Notes: a model not told the origin generated them from the letters alone. A stretch of 64,000 bases of DNA from Macrostomum lignano (GCA_002269645.1 NIVC01000910.1:1-64000); one strand, 5' to 3'; shown: positions 25,313 through 37,300, counted from the stretch's first letter. Program-made: numbers and translations.

Positions 25313-25604
25313 TCAGTGAAGCAAATATCTAAAATTGTTAACAGAAGTATAAAAGAAAAATGAACAAGAAAAAATGGTGCTCAGTTAGCCGATTCTAAAA
25401 GTGAATCGTGGATCCCCTGAGCCACGAAGAGGCCGAACACCGTTCAGGGGGTTAATCCATAGTTCACTTTGCAGAGCAAAACAAATTCCACAGCACAGTA
25501 AACAGTGCACAGCGGTCTTTTGCAGCATTGAACTAAGGATCAATCCCGCCACTAAGAGCGGGAAGCCACAGCAAGAAATGCAAAGCGGCCAGCTTTTTGA
25601 AAGC
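25313..25604 (+). repeat. 292-bp direct repeat, copy B
   Basis: Matches 21335-21626. Confidence 0.97.
25376..25450 (-). ncRNA. HDV-like self-cleaving ribozyme, copy B (identical to A)
   Basis: Same sequence and fold as 21398-21472; begins 260 nt after the transposase stop codon. Confidence 0.82.
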
Positions 25605-25709
25605 TGAAATACTGCTTACTTTGGTAGGCTGTAAACTTTACAGTAAATTTCTAAGAGAAATCGGTATACGTTTATAAACTGGTTTAGAATTTCATGTAAA
25701 CAAGCTAGT

Positions 25710-28554
25710 TTACATCCGAAATATGATTATCCTATGGATAACAGTTTCAAGTAATCGAGTTTCGGAATTAAATACTATCAATCCATTCTTCATCTGACTC
25801 AGACTGCTCACGACTTGATTCAACGTCTGAATGACTCGGGCTTCAACGTCATCTGGCTGATTTACGTTGGTACCAGCGTCGTTTGGATGCTGCGCATCAG
25901 CAGCAGCAGCTTCAATGCTTGCGTCAATGTGATCAAAGCGAAGAGCTTGAAGTTGCTTTAAAATAGTCTGAAAGAGGCATCGAAACTGGGCTGGCAATCC
26001 AGGTTGATGATGGAGTGTTTTCACAGTGCTGTTCAAGTTTAATTTGAACGTCACGCCACTCTTGCACAATAATGATTTTTCCTCCGCTAGACGATTCAGC
26101 TTGTGATACAAGTCAACCCGTCGCTTGAACCTCTCAGACACATCGATCGAAAGACCGAAGTAGAAGTCTGACTGGAAGTCGCGAAGCTGAATCATAGTGG
26201 GCACGCGAAGGCCTGGCGGAAGCGAGCGGGCGGCCATTCGAATGTCTGCATTTAAAGCCGCAACCTTGCGTAGACATGCTCGATTTTCTTTTTGTCCATC
26301 TGAGCAGCCACTCTGACGGATCCAATAGAATCGTTCCAAAGCAAGTGCCTTAAGCTTTGCGTAAGGTTCCCTGCTCAATGGAGAGTCGCTATTGGGATTT
26401 ATGGCTTCTGCATGCCATTGTTGAGCAAGATTTAAAATGGCTACCTCAGAGATTCCGGCAGGAATAGTTAATTTGTTGTTCCGCATCAAATCGCCAGCTT
26501 GTAGAAGCAATTGCTCCATTTCAGCTGAACAAGACGCGGCTGTGCGAGTTATTAGTTTTAATCGAGCAGAAAACCAATTGGAGGCGTACAACAACTGATT
26601 AGCATTGAAGCAATGCAAAATGTAAGACATACAAGCACTTCTGCGATCGGACCGCATGTACTTTAAGCTTTTACCAAACGGTCGTAGTGCAGACCAAGCG
26701 CGCTCCGTATTCTCCCCGTCGCAAAGACCCGCTCCAGGAGTTACCCGCACGGAGTACTTTAGTTGGCATTGTCTCTCGTGGCCCAGCACATGAAAGGCGT
26801 TCACAGCGCACGTGACACTGTTAAGCTGTACACCAGATGCTGACACCATGGACTTGACACGATTGGAAATGCGACAACCTGATTTTAGGAAAAAGTTTTT
26901 AAATGAATAAATAATTGAGCTTCGTGTCGCAGTACGCATGCACGTACATAAGTAAGCACAAGCATAAGTAAGCACACACTATAAGTGTATAGTGTAAATA
27001 AGTGCAGCATGATAGAAACACGATAAAAATCAACTCACCAACATCATAGATAAAAATGAGATCCTTTGAGACGGGCTGTGTCATTAGGTAATGACGAAGA
27101 GTCTGTTCTGGATAGCACAGGCCCTCACCAGCTGTAATAATGTTGCAACCTGTCAGAAGCCTGTTATGCCGGCAAAATAAGCCAAAGAAACCGTTGACAT
27201 CGTGCTTGCTGGCCCTGATCACGGGTTTTTCTGTTCCAGCCTTCCAGTTAGTGCAGCCTTCTGCAGACACTTGTGTCGTAGGAGGCGGTACAGTTGCTGG
27301 TTCTACATGAATAAGCGGTGACGGCAATGAGCGTTCAGAATCTGGCACTAGACGTTGCTTCGAACCCATACTTTGTAGTCTTCGCCATCCAAATAGAGCA
27401 TCAGCACAAACTACAGACTTCCGACTTGAATTTTGGTCAGGACACAAAAGACAACTAGCAGGCCAGCTTGCTGAACACCTCTGCAACTCTCGAAACCGCA
27501 GTAGGACTCCATTACGCTGCAATCTCTGATACACTCGATCGGCTAAACCAGGGTTCCAGCGACCTTGTCCTACGACGGAGCCTTTGAAAAGACAGGTAAT
27601 TGCACGAGACAGTGGCAGTTGACCGTCAAAGCACAAGGAGTCAAGAGTTGATAGAAAGCTAATTGAAAAAAATGTTAACAATTCGCCAACGCGTGACTCG
27701 CTTCCAGGAAAGTATCCTTTTGCTAGCATGGCATCAACTTTATCACAGGATTGGCACGTATAAATTCTGGCGCAAACAATTCCGTTGATGTCAATAATCT
27801 GAATTTCGGATGATGTTGTAAACTCAGAAGACAAGCTTGATTCGCTACAGCAGAATAGAGAGACAGGCTCTTCTTCTTGAATGTCTTCAAACATTAGCGA
27901 TTGAGCCTAGGAAAAAGGGTTAAATTTTGTATGCGGTGTTATAAAAATATTATTCCGTACTAAGGCTATTAGCATTCTAAATACTTTTGTTTCACGTCAA
28001 ATTTAATACAGCGTTATACTGCCAAATAGGCGTCATTGTTTTCTTCACAGTAAACTAATATCCTTAGAAATTGCAATTTAGATTTTAAAACAACTTACAT
28101 TCCACTGGAGGAACTTGTGAGCAGCAAAATTTCCATGCGTTATCTTTTTACAATCACTGCAGACATCGTACTGACAATGAACGCATCGGAAAACTCCAGG
28201 CTGCATGTCGCAACGAACACAGCATTTTAACTCGAATGACTGTTTATAACCGGCAGTGTAACTTTCCACAATGGCCGTGTAGTCTTCCCATTCCGTGAAT
28301 TTAGGCGGCTGTTCAAACTTATTACTAATCTGTTCAGGCATAGAGTCATGGTTTCCTGCACCCAGATCTTGTGAAAGACTGCCGCCAGTGACTGTGGAAC
28401 ACGAGGAAGCCGTGGCAATCGATGTAGTACTTTCCAATGCATTAGGCGCATTAGACGTTCGCAATATCCTTGGCCTTCCGCGTTGGCCAGTCATCAGTAC
28501 TACTTCAGATTGTCTTTTTCTCGATTTCGCATTTAGTTTTCTTGACGAAATCAT
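25710..28554 (-). CDS. CxC-KDZ (Kyakuja-Dileera-Zisupton) transposase, ~830 aa, three exons (28554-28099, 27906-27039, 26878-25710)
   Basis: N-terminal CVRC..RCVHC..CSDC..H..HKFLQW; CxC cluster IDINGIVCARIYTCQSC..GYFPGS; core CLLCP..CADALFG, DVNGFFGLFCRH, GEGLCY, YDVGC (formed across a phase-1 intron), AFHVLGHERQCQ and GAGLCDGENTERAWS. The frame stays open through canonical splice sites. Confidence 0.9.
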
Positions 28555-31392
28555 TGCTGAAATTCGTGAGGATCATTCTGAATTGTATATTACATCATAT
28601 GCTAAGCTCAAAAGGTGTTTATCTATATCAGTGTCTTTTTAGAGCAGGTGCTTAGCCATCTGCTCAGCCACCTGCAAGGCAACCTGCTCAGGCATTGCAG
28701 CTCAGGCAGTGGCTGGCTTGGAGCATCAGCTGATTTGATTAAAGTTGATTAAAATCTAGCAGATTTATAGTCTATAATTTGTTATCCATAGCCATATTGC
28801 ATTGAGTTGTGTTTATAAGTATATAATAAGCAGCTTAAATTATTATTTGGTGTAATTGGGATGCTTTGGAATATGTTTTCTAAATTTTCCACTTCATCTT
28901 GTATTCTTGATTGTTGTATTTTCTTACAAGTCTTTTCTGGGTCCTTATGTCTATGAAAAAGGGTAGGCCTACCTGCATATAGTGGCTCTTTGATTTTAAT
29001 TTATAAATTTTAGATGTATACATTTTTTGTTTTAATAGTTGCAGTTTAATGAGCCACAACACAAATGCCCACAAAGTTTTTATCAGTTTTATTTTATTTG
29101 GAATATTCCAATAAATTATAATATATAAATATATATTATTTATCCTAACAAAAAGAATTCTATATGAATATTATATTTACATATTTATAGTCACAGAATC
29201 ATGCACTGAAAAAGTTCTTCTTAGGCTTGATAACAATATAGAAACATATAGAAACTAATAGATAAAAGTCTTAAATAACATTTATCATTTTTGATATTCT
29301 GTTTTTTAATTTGACTAAGAACATCTAAAGAAATCATACTTTTTTATTAGAATATTTAAACTTATTTAAAGGCAACAAAGGTACAAAAGAATAGGCAGCC
29401 TTATGGTCATAACATTATGGTTTTAACTTTTTTCTGTCAATTCACTAACTTTGAATTACCAATAGATTAAAAATTTAATAGATTATATGGCCATTAATGT
29501 TTATATCTAATTATGCAAATACTATAATTTTATCTATAGTTTGTTTCAATCTTCCAAAGCTTTTTATTTGTTTTCAAAAGGTACACAAAGTTAATGATGT
29601 CTTTTGCTTAAAAAAATGTCCAATTTTTTATAAAAATAGCTTTTTGCCAACTGATATTATACTAATCCAACATTTTACCATTCATTTTTGGCATTTGTTA
29701 TTTGTCCAATGACTGGACAAATAGCCTTTTTGCTATTTGTCTGCTTAAATTGCTAACACAAGTATCTGTTTGTTTTATGATGAATATTCTAAATTTTTAA
29801 GACCTTTTCTTGTATATTAATTAATATTTTCTTATATACTGTTAGCAAAGCAATGTATTCAATTTGGCATAATTTTGTATATAAGACACACTAGTATAAC
29901 AACATAATAAACTAATAATCAAGATACAAATAAGAAGTCTTTAAAGTCTAGGAATATTTATCCTTGTAGTTTCTATGAAATAGATTTTTTAGCATTATTA
30001 ATTTAATTGGACAAATAACAAAATGTCTATTTGTCCAGTATTAACTAGATGAATAAGAAAGCATGGTCATAATCCAGTAACTGGACAAATGACAATTGCC
30101 TTTATTTTTAGATTGTATGCTAGTATAGGCTTATATTATACATAAAGAACATTTGGCAGAAAAATTAGCTAGCAAGGCAATGGTGAGCAAAATATTGACT
30201 TTTTACTATTTTCCAAATATGTCTATCTTATCTGGCTGGAATGAGCCACCTGACATAGGCCCTACTCACTATATATTCCACTCTTGACTCCAAGGTGCAT
30301 ATAGGAAAAAGATTATTTAAGTGTAAGGTGTGCAATGAAAAATACAATGTGGGACTGTAGCCTAAGAGCAATGCTGTTACCTAGCTATTTAAGAAGTAGT
30401 ACTTCAACCAACCTGCTGTCTAGCAACAAATGAGATCTACTGTCACTGACATATGACAAGCATATCTAAGATGCTTAAAGTTTAAAAAAATTCTTAATAC
30501 TCTGGTCACAGTTGCTGTGTCACTGTCACAGATTCATCAGTTAATTCATCACAAATAAGCCCTCAAATCTCTAGAAGGTATTCATTTGAAGTAGCCAGGA
30601 TCACCATATTATTTTTTGTTATTGGCCCTTGCTCTATGCACTGCCTACAAACTTGAAGGTCTATATTATATTATTACACAATCTAAATATACTAAATCTC
30701 TAAGGTTTGTTTGTATGCTTGAATGAATGTCCATAATGCTCTAGTTGTATAACTAAATTCATGCAAATATATATCTAGATTTGAAAGGCCTTCTCGTCTC
30801 AATTTCAGCACAAAAAGTGCCAGGAATCAGGTCGACAGGTCATTCGCAAGTCAGTTTCATCACATACTACTATTGTATCAATATTTACACAAACTACACG
30901 TCACAATTTACACAATGATGTATGACAAAAAATTACATATATTACAAACTACACGTCACAATTTACACAAATATTTACACAATAATTAATATATTACAAA
31001 AAAGCTATGCGATTAGCGAATACGTGGCTACACACACATCAGCCATAGCTTTTATGATAGCTAGAAGAAAAAATTATTGCCGATGTAACGCATCAGCTAT
31101 GGTAAACAAAGAAACACTAGGAGAACTAATGACGCAGCGCGAGAAAAATCTGTTTTAGATTTGCGGCTGTTAGTTTGTTCACATAAGATAGGCATATTAA
31201 GTGTTTTAGTAAAATAAAATGCAAATACAATAAATAAACGTATTTTTTTCTCCCAAAACAGAACCCACCGATCGCATCAGTTTTTTTTATCAATAAATTA
31301 TTACATTTGTTATACTACAGATAAATTTCCGGTGGTCTAAGCCAAGTGTAATAACTAGCGCAACGATCCCTAAATCATCGCTTGTGACGCTT

Positions 31393-33094
31393 GGAACCCC
31401 AAATCAACTCAAGAAGGCCCAAACCAGCCCTAGGAAGCTCAAACTAGCCCTGGAAAGCTCAAACTAGCGCTGGAAAGCTCAAATTGGCGCGGGAAAGCTC
31501 GAATTGGCGCCGGAAGCTAAATTTGGCGTCAGGATCCCCAAATTGGCGCCAGGAACCCCAAATCAACTCAAGAAGGCCCAAACCAGCCATAGGAAGCTCA
31601 AACTAGCCCTGGAAAGCTCAAACTAGCGCTGGAAAGCTCAAATTGGCGCGAGAAAGCTCGAATTGGCGCCGGAAGCTAAATTTGGCGCCAGGATCCCCAA
31701 ATTGGCGCCAGGAACCCCAAATCAACTCAAGAAGGCCCAAACCAGCCCTAGGAAGCTCAAACTAGCCCTGGAAAGCTCAAACTAGCGCTGGAAAGCTCAA
31801 ATTGGCGCGGGAAAGCTCGAATTGGCGCCGGAAGCTAAATTTGGCGCCAGGAACCCCAAATCAACTCAAGAAGGCCCAAACCAGCCCTAGGAAGCTCAAA
31901 CTAGCCCTGGAAAGCTCAAACTAGCGCTGGAAAGCTCAAATTGGCGCGGGAAAGCTCGAATTGGCGCCGGAAGCTAAATTTGGCGCCAGGATCCCCAAAT
32001 TGGCGCCAGGAACCCCAAATCAACTCAAGAAGGCCCAAACCAGCCCTAGGAAGCTCAAACTAGCCCTGGAAAGCTCAAACTAGCGCTGGAAAGCTCAAAT
32101 TGGCGCGGGAAAGCTCGAATTGGCGCCGGAAGCTAAATTTGGCGCCAGGAACCCCAAATCAACTCAAGAAGGCCCAAACCAGCCCTAGGAAGCTCAAACT
32201 AGCCCTGGAAAGCTCAAACTAGCGCTGGAAAGCTCAAATTGGCGCGGGAAAGCTCGAATTGGCGCCGGAAGCTAAATTTGGCGCCAGGATCCCCAAATTG
32301 GCGCCAGGAACCCCAAATCAACTCAAGAAGGCCCAAACCAGCCCTAGGAAGCTCAAACTAGCCCTGGAAAGCTCAAACTAGCGCTGGAAAGCTCAAATTG
32401 GCGCGGGAAAGCTCGAATTGGCGCCGGAAGCTAAATTTGGCGTCAGGATCCCCAAATTGGCGCCAGGAACCCCAAATCAACTCAAGAAGGCCCAAACCAG
32501 CCATAGGAAGCTCAAACTAGCCCTGGAAAGCTCAAACTAGCGCTGGAAAGCTCAAATTGGCGCGAGAAAGCTCGAATTGGCGCCGGAAGCTAAATTTGGC
32601 GCCAGGATCCCCAAATTGGCGCCAGGAACCCCAAATCAACTCAAGAAGGCCCAAACCAGCCCTAGGAAGCTCAAACTAGCCCTGGAAAGCTCAAACTAGC
32701 GCTGGAAAGCTCAAATTGGCGCGGGAAAGCTCGAATTGGCGCCGGAAGCTAAATTTGGCGCCAGGAACCCCAAATCAACTCAAGAAGGCCCAAACCAGCC
32801 CTAGGAAGCTCAAACTAGCCCTGGAAAGCTCAAACTAGCGCTGGAAAGCTCAAATTGGCGCGGGAAAGCTCGAATTGGCGCCGGAAGCTAAATTTGGCGC
32901 CAGGATCCCCAAATTGGCGCCAGGAACCCCAAATCAACTCAAGAAGGCCCAAACCAGCCCTAGGAAGCTCAAACTAGCCCTGGAAAGCTCAAACTAGCGC
33001 TGGAAAGCTCAAATTGGCGCGGGAAAGCTCGAATTGGCGCCGGAAGCTAAATTTGGCGCCAGGATCCCCAAATTGGCGCCAGGATCGCCGAATC
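31393..33094 (+). repeat. 159/139-bp satellite, 11 units, with a 914-bp higher-order period
   Basis: Unit starts at 31393, 31552, 31711, 31850, 32009, 32148, 32307, 32466, 32625, 32764 and 32923. Short units lack one 20-bp subunit. Variants GGCGTCAGG, CCAGCCATAGG and GCGAGAAAG recur 914 bp apart. Confidence 0.95.
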
Positions 33095-33518
33095 AGCGCT
33101 GGAATTTGCCAACGGGCGTAGAAGTGGCAGCATATATCAGCTTGCTACTTTTTGGCGCCGATTTTAATATACCGGCGCCAATTTCAGCCTTTGGGCGCCC
33201 ATTTTAGCGCCCTGGCAAGGTCAATGCATTTAGTTCTCACGCGATGGCGCCAAAAAATTTTTTTTTCTTTTTTTGAATTAGTGCCATGTATCTTGCCAAC
33301 CAATACGAGTCAAGTTCTGGCGTCTGCTTTTCCACAGCCGCCTGGCTGGGTCCCGTCAACAAGCTATTTTTAGCGTGGGAAACTGTCTGACTCACTCATT
33401 TGATTCCCCGAGTCCACGGGTGCAAGGGCTAGCCAAGGTGGACCCACGGTGGAGCCACCTGGCTAGCCACGTATTTTTTGTGTAGTGGATTGTCTGGCTA
33501 GCCTGGGAATATGCTCTG

Positions 33519-33819
33519 GACAAAGAATGAAACAAGGACAGGCTGAGCGGAGAAGCTCAGACGCTGGGAACGCAAACGAACCGGAAAAAAGGGGGGGACA
33601 AAAGGGAGCGCAGGCAGACAAAAGGACAACGAGGGAGGGAGAGGGAGAGAGAGGAGTGGGAGAGGGAGAGAGAGAGGGAGAGGGAGAGAGGGAGGGAGAG
33701 GGAGAGGGAGAGGGAGAGAGAGGGAGGGAGAGCTGCGGCCAGCGGCAGCCAACAGCTCAGGAGGGCGCAGGGCACAGCTGACAAAGGGGGCACCTAACAC
33801 TAAACTAGTGCTCACTTCA
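33519..33819 (-). repeat. Truncated 3' LTR (301 of 1109 bp)
   Basis: Matches 42774-43074 in length and apparently in sequence; identity stops abruptly at 33519. Confidence 0.92.
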
Positions 33820-33827
33820 CTCTCCCC
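33820..33827 (-). promoter_or_regulatory. Polypurine tract (GGGGAGAG)
   Basis: Directly abuts the TG start of the 3' LTR on the minus strand. Confidence 0.8.
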
Positions 33828-34317
33828 GTTCAAATGATGAGGCGGAGTGCAAGCGAAGCCGCTTTATTTAAAACAAACAAGTTAAATTGTACTTAAAACA
33901 AACGATAAAATATTTGGCGTTAACAGATTTGGTGACAAAAAGTTGGCAAAGATTGTACCTGAAACTGGTAGAAGATGAATTCCTGATTAACTTGAGCGGC
34001 AAATGCTGTAATATTAAGCAGAAGGTTTGAACCAACTTTGGTTTTTAAATGCGAGCTGACGCCCTATTAGCTTCCTGAAATAGTGACGGGGGCGCCAGCC
34101 CAACTATTAAAATAAAGCGAAGGCGCCTAAATATGCTGGTGGGATGCCGGGAGTCAGTTGGCAGAGCCCGGGGGATGACGCATGCAAAAGGAGAATAAAG
34201 AAGATAATCGCGCACGACTGGCGCTTCAGTTCAACATAAGGGCCAAGTTCAGCGCGGCCTCAAATAATATAGGTGGGCACATCCTAGCGACGGGCGACCC
34301 AACGGCAAGCACACCGT

Positions 34318-37300
34318 TCAGCGATTCCTGGACCTGGCCAGCTTCTCGGGCAGCACCGGGGTTCGACCGGAGATTCGCCGAACGGCGAGCCGGGCCACAC
34401 TCCGCAGGATCACCGGGAATTCCGGATTCTGGAGAACGGCAGCGGCGAGGGCGGCACCTCGGTCAACGGCCTCCTGCCGGTCTTGGTCATCGAGAGCCCT
34501 CAGCCGGGCCCATGTCGGCTCCATGAGATCGGGCTCCTCGCCCCGTTGAGCCGCGGCGATGAATGTGGCAGCTAAGAAAGCTGCGCCAGCCTCGATCGGG
34601 TCCTCCAGGACAGGCTCCTGCTCAGCTGCTGCCATGGCCGTACCTGTGGGAGAATTCGGGGGCGCCATGGGGAAGGCGCCGCGGAGCTCCTCCGCCAGGT
34701 CGGTCCAGGTGTATGTCGACGGCGTGTCTGGGAGCTCCTCCTCAGTTTGGATTCCAACCTCGCGGGTGGGAGCCTCGCCAGGCCGCAGGATTGGCAGAAG
34801 CCGGGTTGGGCTGTCGCGGCCAGGAGACGCGGGCACCAACCCGAAGTTCACTCGGCTGATGCGGGTCGTGGTGGGCCAGGGATGGAGGTCTGGCGTAGGC
34901 GTCGAACTAGCCGTCGCCGGTGCAGCCAGGGCACCGCTGGGGTTTGGGCCAGCTTCCGACGCTTCGGTTGCGCGAGCCGGGCCGTGATGGCGCCTCGGGC
35001 CAGCGACCAAGTGGTCCGCTCGGCGGGTTCGCTCAAGAGGGCCTGCTGTCTGGAGGCGTCGCACCACGGGCGATGAATCCTCCGCCGTCAGATCAATAAC
35101 CTCCACAGGAGGTGGGGGTGGGTGCCTTTGGCCTCGGCGTCGTCGGGAGGCGCGGCGACGCGGAGCGGCGGGCGGGTCTCTCTCAGGTGGTGTTGAGCGC
35201 CGCAGGTGCATCGGCGAAGGCGACCTTGGCCGCTGTCCTAGCCGCAGGCGAGGATGAATGCGGCGGACCACTCGGGACTCGGCTGGCCGCTCAAATTGGC
35301 CTGCTGCGGCGCCGATTGGGGGTGCGTCTTGCGCAGAGCAGTACCGCTCTGATCCCGAGTCGCGGTCGTCTCCACTCGACCCGGAGCGCTCAGTGCGCTT
35401 GGCGGCTCGTGGAGTGTGCATTTCTGCGCTGAAATGATGTAAATTTTGTGCGCGCATGCGGGCGGTGCGACTAGCGTACGTTTGCGGCCTAGTGTCGCTA
35501 ATAAGGAGCCTCTCTGGAGGCCTACGGTCCCTAGCAAGCCTACCTAAACCTACAGGCTCTACAGGCGCTTCCACCGGAGTGGTGCATGGCGATGGTACAC
35601 GAGACTGTACCACAGAAAAAGGTTCGGGGGGAGTAGGGACATGGACGGGCGAAAAGGAAGCAGCAGGCACAGATGCATTAGAAACAGGCTCACGCAAGTG
35701 GCATTCACCATACGGCACTGGCTCACGCCGAAGTGCACTTGCCTGGTTCGCTGGTGTCGTGTTCGGTCCACCTCCTGGCTGCACCTCCGGGATTGCCAGA
35801 GGCCGGAAGTACCACCAGAGAGCCGGCCTCACATCATCGTCCTCGTTGTCATCGGGATCTTCGAGCTCTTCCTCGGGAACCGGTGGCAGGGTCGCGGGTC
35901 CTGCACCGTCAGGATCATCTGGCTGCCGTCTGCGCTTCTTCGCCTTCTCGACTTCGGGATCTGAAATCATCGCGTAGTCAGCGTCAGGAACGTGGAGCAG
36001 GTTGCGGCGATGAACAACAAGTTCATCCCGTCGGGCTCGCGGGTTGGGCAGTCTACGGCGAATCTTGTAGACTACCTCGCCTTTGGGTTTTACGACTTCG
36101 TAGAGTGCTTTGCGGGGTCGATGAAACTTCGCCGCCTCGTCCGGTTCGAGCACCGGGTTGTTGAGGAAAACCAGGTCACCGGGCTTGAGCTTCTTGGCCT
36201 TCGGCAGGTTGGAGTAGTGCTCGTCTCGAAGTTGCTGATGCAGATGCAGGCGTTCTTTAGCTAGCTCAGTCGCTTCGTCTAATCGGCGCTGGAAGTCCTT
36301 GACATAGTCAGGCAAGTCGGCATACTCGGGCAGCTTCTTCAACGCGTTGTCGATCGGCAGTCGGAAGTCACGGCCAAACACCAGGTAGTGGGGCGTGAAT
36401 CCTGTCACCGGATGTACACTAGAGCGGAGAGCCATCAGACAGGCTGGAAGGAAGGTGTCCCAGTCGTTGTGGTTTCGCTCGAGGAGGCAGGTGAGAACGC
36501 TCTTCAGCTGCTTGTTGAGGTTCTCGACCTGACCATTTGAAGCTGGATTGTACGGTGTTGTCGTCGTATGCCGGATGCCAAACAGGTCGCAGAACTTCTT
36601 GAAGGCTGAGCCCGTGAAATTGGTTCCTTGGTCAGTGTGTATCCAGCATGGTACACCGAAGTCAGGGATCAAGCGCTCCTGCAGGATCTTGATGACCGTC
36701 TTGGCTTTCTGGTTCCTCATAGGATAGGCGAACGGGTACTTCGACGTCGCGTCGCACAAGGTCAATATGTAGCGGTTCCCGCTCTTGCTCTTCTGGGCAA
36801 TAGGGCCTACTACATCACAATGTACTCTTCCTAGCACTTCGCAGACTGGGAAGCTTTGAACTGGAACTTTGTCTCGCCTTCGCGATTTGCTTTCGAGACA
36901 GGCACGACATCTGCTGATAAAATTCTCGGTGACACGGGCTAATCCGGGCCGCCAGAATCTTTCTCGCAGTCGTTTCAGCGTTTTTGTCTGGCCTAGGTGA
37001 CCACACAGTGGCGAACTGTGGAGCTCCTGGAGCACCTGGGCCTCGAGGGCTTCGGGCAGGACAACCTTCGGAGACTGCTGACCGTCAGTTAGGTCGATCA
37101 TCAACAAGTCGTCCTCCACTCGCAAATTCTCAAAATAACCGAGCAGGTTCCGCTGCTCCTTCGACAGGCGCAATCGGGCATCGAACTCTGGCTTCGGGGC
37201 TTCGTTCTTAACCAGATTGAGCACGTAGCTGATAGCTCGGTCGGCGCGCTGCGCGTCGACAAACTGTTGCCGCGTCATCGGCAACCTCAGAAAATCCGTG

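Larger units (their letters stand above)
21210..33518 (-). mobile_element. Large KDZ-type DNA transposon block (boundaries not defined)
   Basis: Transposase, co-oriented cargo genes, repeated RNA module and subterminal-like satellite. No TIR or TSD identified. Confidence 0.55.

Noticed and set aside
30298-30357. C2H2 linker-like relic HIGKRLFKCKVCNEKY
   Set aside because: A single broken finger followed by a stop in AT-rich DNA; no gene model.
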